From the human T2T-CHM13v2.0 reference genome, Homo sapiens: a stretch of DNA of 64,000 bases. Below the pieces are notes generated by a model. That model saw nothing but the letters and a program-made list of their open reading frames with translations. It was not told the DNA's origin and did not search any database. Numbering within the stretch: the stretch's first letter is position 1; every line of letters starts with the position of its first letter. Made by a program: the position numbers and the translations under genes. Location of the stretch: the NCBI RefSeq assembly GCF_009914755.1, contig NC_060932.1. The stretch is one strand, 5' to 3'. Positions 57,778 to 64,000 of this stretch are shown one piece after another.

Positions 57778-58222
57778 TATGATAGCCTGAATAGTGACAC
57801 CTCAGAGATGTCCAAGTTAGAATATTTGAATATATAAACATATTGCCTTATGTGGTAATAAGGACTCTGCAGATGTGATTAAGCATTTTGAGATGGGGTG
57901 ATTAGCTCATATTATTTGGTTGAGCCTCATATAATCATAGAGAAAGGCAAAAGGTCAGGGTAAAGAGAATGCAGTGTGACAGTGGAAGAAATTGCAGTAA
58001 TGTGGCTGCAAGCTAAGGAATTCCAGCAGTCTCTAGAAGCCGGAAGAGCAAGGAATGACTTCCTCCCTGGAGCACACAGAAATAACCAGCACTGTGGACA
58101 ACTTAATTTTAACCTTTTAATACTGATTTCAGGCTTCTGACCTTCAGAACTGTAGGAGCATAAATACATCTAGTTTTAAGCCACTAAGTGTGAGGTAATT
58201 ACGGCAGTAATAGAAATGAATA
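57778..58222 (+). mobile_element. MLT1C/D LTR
   Basis: ggactctgcagatgtgattaag...ctagaagccggaagagcaagg...ttttaagccactaag. Confidence 0.75.
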
Positions 58223-58786
58223 GATAGTGCGTTGAGTTGTGGCTAACGGTAATAAGGATGAAAATGCTGTTATGTATGTTCTCTACGAGATTGTCAAAAA
58301 GTTCCAAAAAGACAAAACAGAATATAAATTCAATATATCTAGTCGGAAGGTCAGTGTTTGTATGACAATCTAAGTATTGTCACAAAGACATAGTTACACT
58401 ACAGTGCAAGGATATATATGAAAAGCATTTAAACTGGTAATCAGTCCTACTACAGTCTCAAGATTTTGCTCCTATGATAAACCAAAGAGCAAGCAACAAG
58501 ACCTAAAGTAGATCCAGAAAATGCTCAAGACATTTCTCTAGAATCAACAAGCAACAGGTATTGCCTGTCAAAAACAACATACACATTTTCAAATCAAATT
58601 GGATAATGTCTTCTGGTTATTTGTCATAAATACTATCTTTGTCCTTTATTGAACCCTATTACCTTAAAACATTAATGGCTAATATCAATGTAAAATATAG
58701 CGATTTAATAAATAAGTGATTTGACAATCGTATCAACTTTGATATTAATTTTGTTTTTACTTTTTATTCTACGCAGAGCAGCCCAG

Positions 58787-59372
58787 TGTTATGACTAGTT
58801 TCTAAAGAAAAGTTCCTCAATTAAATCATGCCTACTTCTAGTCACCTTGCTTAGTTCCATTCTACCCTGAATCTGGGCTGGTACTGTTACAATCTTTCAA
58901 TTAACAATTTGTAGCAGAAGTAATTCTGTGTGAGTTTCAGGCTTAAAGTTTTAAGATGCTATAGTTGCTTACTTCTGTGGACTTTCAAAATCCGAGTCCC
59001 CACACAAGAAGTCTGAACACCCTGAGACTAATATATTGTGAAGAAGCCCAAACGACACACCTGAAGATGAGAGACAGGAGATCAAAATACTCAGCCAGCC
59101 CTCAAATGTTCCAGCCATTTCAGCTGAAATGCCATGCATGTGAGTGGAAAGAAAAACAAAAACAAACAAAGAAACCCTTCTCGGATGTCCAGCACAACTG
59201 GCCCTTCAGATAGAACTAGCACTAGCCACTATATGACAAAATAAGATGTAAATTGTCAAGTAGGAACTGCGCAGTTTAGTGAATTAACCCATACAATTGT
59301 GAGAAGAAGTAAAATCATATAAAACTGAGCCACTAAGTTGGAGAATGGCTTACTATACGGCAATAGATAATA
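58787..59372 (+). mobile_element. MLT1G/H-like LTR
   Basis: ccctgaatctgggctgg...gttccagccatttcagctga...gccactaagttggagaatgg...gcaatagataatagaa. Confidence 0.6.
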
Positions 59373-59929
59373 GAAAGGCCCATTCTTGTCAAATCACCTG
59401 AAAGTGTTCCCAAATTTGTTTTCCTGTTGCTCTTGTTTAATATTCTCTTTGTTCTTTTCTTCATGTGGCTATTCATTTTTAAGACCCAGCTCTTTTCTGT
59501 TGCTTATTTTTACTCAGTTATATTAGAAACCCCTTTATTTTCCGTTCTCATTGTACCTTGCTTTTTCTTTCATAATACCTGTCATCAAATTGTAGTTTTA
59601 AAAATTTTCAGTTGTATTAAGGATACTAAAAGTTCTCTAAAATCATAAATCTATTCAATTTCCTATCTGTTTACCTTCAGCTACAAATCTAGGACCTAGT
59701 ATAAGGCAGGCAATTAATAACTTAATTGAATCAAATGTTTGGATGTAGGACATCTACTAGCACTATTGTCTTAGTTGATACCATTACCATATATATTTGG
59801 AAAATATTTTAGGACAAAAGATATAGAACTATTACTAAAAGGTAAAAGTTATGCTTTATGAGATTAGAAAAAGATACATTAGAAAGATAAACACCAGGGC
59901 CAACAATAGAAAGATAAATACCAGGGCCA

Positions 59930-60545
59930 GAGCAGCCCCAGTGACCCGGGGCTTCAGAGTTCTTTTTATACAGGCTCACTCCCATAGCCCCAGTCTTTAG
60001 GCCAGCCCAAGTGGTCATAGGCACCAAGACAGTCCCTGTGATTCCAGGCTTTAGACTAGCCCCTGCAGACCCAGACTCCATGCCTGCCCCAGAAACGGGC
60101 CCACTCCAGGCTCCAAGCTGGTTCCAATTATACCAGGCTCCAGTGGACTCAGGGTCCAGACCTGCTCTAGCAAAACCAGGGTTCAGGCTCATCCAAGTAG
60201 ACCCCAGTGCCAGGCCAGCCTCTGCAGAAGGAGGATCTAGAAACACTCCTCCAGATCTAGGCTTCAGGACAGCATTGGTGGACCCAGGACCCAGGTTCAG
60301 TCCCATGGACTTAGACCTCAGGCCCATTTTAGAGGACATAGGTTCCAGGTCCATCCTGTTGCCTGGCTGGCTCCTAAAGACTCGGGTACAAGGCCTTTTC
60401 TAATGCCAAGCTAGTCCCTGTGGATCCAGGCTTCAGGCTAGCCCGTGTGGATAGAGGATGGAGGCCCACCCCAGCAGACCTAATCAACAGGTACATCACA
60501 GTGCAACTAGGCCCCAGGCCCACACACTTGCTGACCTGGGCACAC
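59930..60545 (+). repeat. Diverged 27-bp tandem array in the L1 5' region
   Basis: Motif recurs at 60145, 60172, 60199, 60226, 60253, 60280, 60307 and 60334. Confidence 0.85.
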
Positions 60546-61071
60546 CCAAGCCAACCTGAAAACTCCAAAAGCAAGCCTGTCCATAACCATGCCAAATGGC
60601 CCACCCAGAATCTCTGGATAGGCTGGCAGATGAAAGGCTTTTCCCAACACAGCCAGTCTGCAAAGACTGAAGAAGTACCTACATCATCAAATGTATAAAC
60701 ATTGACACATGACCACAAGGATCAAGAAAAATCAGAGAAACATGATATTACTAATGGACAAAACAGGGTGGGTACTAGTGACTCAAATTTTTGAGTAGAG
60801 GAGTACAAGAGGGAGAAAAGAAATACGAAAGGATAGAAAGTTTCTTTAAAGGAATAATAGCGGAAAACTTTTCAAACCTAGAAAATATATAAATATTTAG
60901 GTACAACAAGGTCAAAAGTTCCTAATCAGACTGAACTCAACAAGACTACCCCAAGACATATTATAATCAAGATTTCAAAACCAAAATTAAATAGAGGACC
61001 TTGAAAGCAGTAAGAGAAAAAGAAGCAAATAATATATAAATGAGTTCCAATATAGTTAGCAGCAGATTTCT

Positions 61072-61427
61072 TTTTTTTTAAATTTTATTATTATTATACT
61101 TTAAGTTCTAGGGTACATGTGCACAACGTGCAGGTTAGTTACATATGTATACATGTGCCATGTTGGTGTGCTGCACCCATTAACTTGTCATTTAGCATTA
61201 GGTATATCTCCTAATGCTATCCCTCCCCCCTCCCCCCACCCCACAACAGTCCCCTGTGTGTGATGTTCCCCTTCCTGTGTCCATGTGTTCTCACTGTTCA
61301 ATTCCCACCTATAAGTGAGAACATGCGGTGTTTGGTTTTTTGTCCTTGCGATAGTTTGCTGAGAATGATGGTTTCCAGTTTCATCCATGTCCCTACAAAG
61401 GACATGAACTCATTATTTTTTATGGCT
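61072..61427 (-). mobile_element. 5'-truncated L1PA (PA3-5-like) 3' end nested in the old L1
   Basis: Antisense L1PA 3'UTR; 17-bp TSD gttag(c/t)agcagatttct at 61055-61071 and 61428-61444. Confidence 0.95.
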
Positions 61428-62299
61428 GTTAGTAGCAGATTTCTCAGCAGAAATCTTGCAGGCCAGGAGGGAGTGAGATAATATATTCAAAATATTGAAA
61501 GAGGGCAAAAAAAACAATTTTTCAGAAATGAAGGAGAGATAAAGACATTTCCAGACAAATAAAAGCTGAGGGAGTTCATCAACAAAAGAACTGCCTTACA
61601 AGAAATGCTAGCGGGAACTCTTAAAACTCAAAGAAAAGAATATTAATGAATAACACGAAAATATTTGAAAATATAAATCTCATTGGTAAAAGTTAGTACT
61701 CAGTCAGACTCAGAATGCTCCAATGCATAATGGTGATGTGCACTTATATCTTTAGTATGAAAGTTAAAAGACAAAACTATCTTAAGGAGATACAATAATT
61801 AAAACATATGCAATATAAAAATGTAAATTATGATATCAAAAAATCAAAGTGGGGGCAAGAGTGTAACAAAAGTATCAAAGTTTGTCAGAGGGGCTTAAAA
61901 AAAGTAAAATTGCTATGAACTTAAAGTAACCTATTATATAACTATAAGATGTTTTTTGTAAGCTTCATGGTAACCATAAAGAAAAATTGCATGATAGAAA
62001 CATAAAAAGTAAAAAGTAAAAAATCAAAGCACACCACTAGAGAAAATCACTTAAGCACAAATGAAAACAGCAAGAGAGAATAAAGGAAAAAAAAAATCTA
62101 CACAACAACTAAACAACATTTAAGAAAATAGCAGTAGTAAATCCTTACCTATCAATCATTACCTTAAATGTAAATAGATTAAATTCTCCAATAAAAAGAC
62201 ATAGGGTGGCTGAATGGATTAAAAACAACAACAACAAGACCCAAGTACATGCTTGAATAGTAGGAAACTAAATTTAACAGCATATTAAAAAGGTCATTC

Positions 62300-62565
62300 A
62301 TGCTGACCTGCTGGAAAGCTCTACATTCCTATGGGGTGTGGGGAGGGGGTAGGCAGGTGAGCAGGAGCAGGACAAGACAGACCACTGGTGAAAGGCTGAG
62401 CAGAGCATGAGCAAGACTGACTGAATTCAGAGGGGTGGTGTGGGGAATGGATGAGACTGAGGGCAGAGGGCATGGGCAAGAGGTGGAGCAGGATGTGGGA
62501 GTGACTGAGGGTGCGGGGGCAGGGCAGACCCAGGTGCGAGGTGGGGTGGGGAGAAAAAATAGAAG
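62300..62565 (+). other. Unidentified G-rich insert with TSD and A-rich tail (probable retrocopy or orphan transduction)
   Basis: Flanked by aaaaggtcattc and aaaagatcattc at a TT/AAAA site; ends gaaaaaatagaag; L1 ORF2 resumes afterwards. Confidence 0.7.
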
Positions 62566-62712
62566 AAAAGATCATTCGTTCACCATAGTCGAGTGAGATT
62601 TATCCCAGAAATAAGGATAGTTCAACATATGCAAATCAATCCCATTTAAAATAACTATTAAAAATGCTTAGAAATAAATTTAACCAAGGAGGTGAAAGAT
62701 CTCTACCTCGAC

Positions 62713-63004
62713 TTTCTGTGCTTCTAGAGCATGCTACACATAGAAGTCTTAGACCACTTGTGATATTGCATTTTTAACTAGTGTTTACATGTTTGCTTTG
62801 CTATTAAAATTAATTTTGCTAGGGTCATGTTATTGTTGTTCTTGTTGATCTTTCCTTCCTCTATATGGTCTTGACTGAAGCAATTTCTAAAAATATGCAT
62901 GTTCAGTAAAGAAATCTGGGTAAACTTTGTCTTCCAAACCAAATTGTTAGACAGAAGCAAAAAATAAAACATATTTATGTAGCCATTTTATAGTTTATAA
63001 AGCT
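62713..63004 (+). repeat. 292-bp templated insertion copied from 55780-56071
   Basis: Constant offset of 6933 bp; interrupts L1 ORF2 after gaaagatctctac. Confidence 0.95.
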
Positions 63005-63062
63005 ATTCTTGCTCAATGCAATCCCTATCAAAAGCTATCCTTGCTCAATGCAATCCGTATCA
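62999..63062 (+). repeat. 32-bp tandem duplication spanning the insertion/L1 junction
   Basis: aaagctattcttgctcaatgcaatccctatca followed by aaagctatccttgctcaatgcaatccgtatca. Confidence 0.93.
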
Positions 63063-64000
63063 AAATACCAATAACATTCTTCACAGAAATTGAAAAAATG
63101 CTAAAATTTGTATGAAATAACAAAAGACTCTGAATAGCCAAAGCAATCTCGAGTATAAAAAACAAAGCCAGAGGAATAACACTACCTGACTACAAAATAT
63201 ACTAAAAAGCCATCTAAAGAGTATGGTACTGTCATAAATGCAGAGATATATACCAATGGAACAAAATAGAGATTCCAGAAAAAAACATGCATTTACAACC
63301 AACTGATTTTCAACAAAGGTGCCTAGAACACATATTAAGAAAAGGATGGTCTCTTCACTAAACGGTGTTTGAAAAACTAGATATACACAGAAGGAAGAAT
63401 AAAATTGGATCTTTACCTCATATCATAACCTAAAGTCCATTCAAAATGGATTAAAAACTTAAATTTAAGTCATGAATCTGTAAAATTACTTGAAGAAAAT
63501 GTGGAAAATCTTTAGGACATTTGTCTGTACAATAATTTTTGGATATGAGCATAAAAGCACAAAAATGATCTAAAGCAGAAAAATGAAAAATATTTTTCAA
63601 CCAGTCATGTCCTAAGGAGTTAATTTTCCAAACACATAAAAAAAAAAACCCAAGCAACTCAATACAAGAAAACAAATAACCCAATTGAAAAATGTGCAAA
63701 GGACCTGAATAAACATTTTTTAAAGAAAACATACAAACGGCCAATAGATACATGAAAAAAATGATTAACATCACTAAACATCAGGAAAATGCAAATTAAA
63801 TACCACAATTAGATATTACTTCACATCTTTTAGAATGGCTGTTATCTAATAGATGAATGATAATGAGTGACAATGCAGAGAAAAGAGAATACTGGCACGT
63901 TGTTGGGGGGAATGTAAATTAGTACAGTAATTATTGAAATCAATATAAAGGTTCCTCAAAAAATTAAAAATAAAACTACCTTATGATCTAGAAATCCCCT

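Larger units (their letters stand above)
59885..64000 (+). mobile_element. Old L1M element with 5' repeat array and internally deleted, dead ORF1/ORF2; runs off the window
   Basis: ORF1-like sequence (aataatagcggaaaacttttcaaacctag) and ORF2-like sequence (aatgtaaatagattaaattctccaat, gatttatcccag, caatgcaatccctatcaaa, gatttt caacaaaggtgcc) with many stops. Confidence 0.88.

Noticed and set aside
60781-60796. actcaaa-tt-tttgagt palindrome at the ORF1 deletion junction
   Set aside because: The right arm is plausibly native L1 ORF1 sequence; a 7-bp stem can be chance

Overview
AT-rich, transposon-dense primate genomic DNA. AluY, LTR7, LTR12C, THE1 and L1PA point to a catarrhine, most likely human. 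I find no credible protein-coding exon, RNA gene or CRISPR array; the long ORFs in the track come from Alu, LTR12, THE1 and L1 sequence, and the rest are short and look like chance ORFs. The window is probably intergenic or deep intronic. It contains 10 Alus, a full-length THE1 element, solo LTRs (LTR12C, LTR7, LTR9, MER4A, MLT2, MST/MLT1), an ERVL remnant, DNA-transposon relics (MER112, MER58A, MER20, MADE1) and an old, heavily rearranged L1 at the right end. I see no evidence of a new biological system. The most unusual signals are repair or replication scars readable directly from the sequence: (1) a three-junction template-switch rearrangement inside an MST LTR, with a 324-bp inverted copy of 27308-27631 plus a 176-bp inversion; (2) a 292-bp copy of 55780-56071 pasted into L1 ORF2 with a 32-bp junction duplication; (3) a 35-bp copy of 27805-27839 in the ERVL remnant; (4) a G-rich orphan insert with retrotransposition hallmarks. 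Repeat family names come from recall of consensus sequences, not from a database search. Identities were counted by eye.
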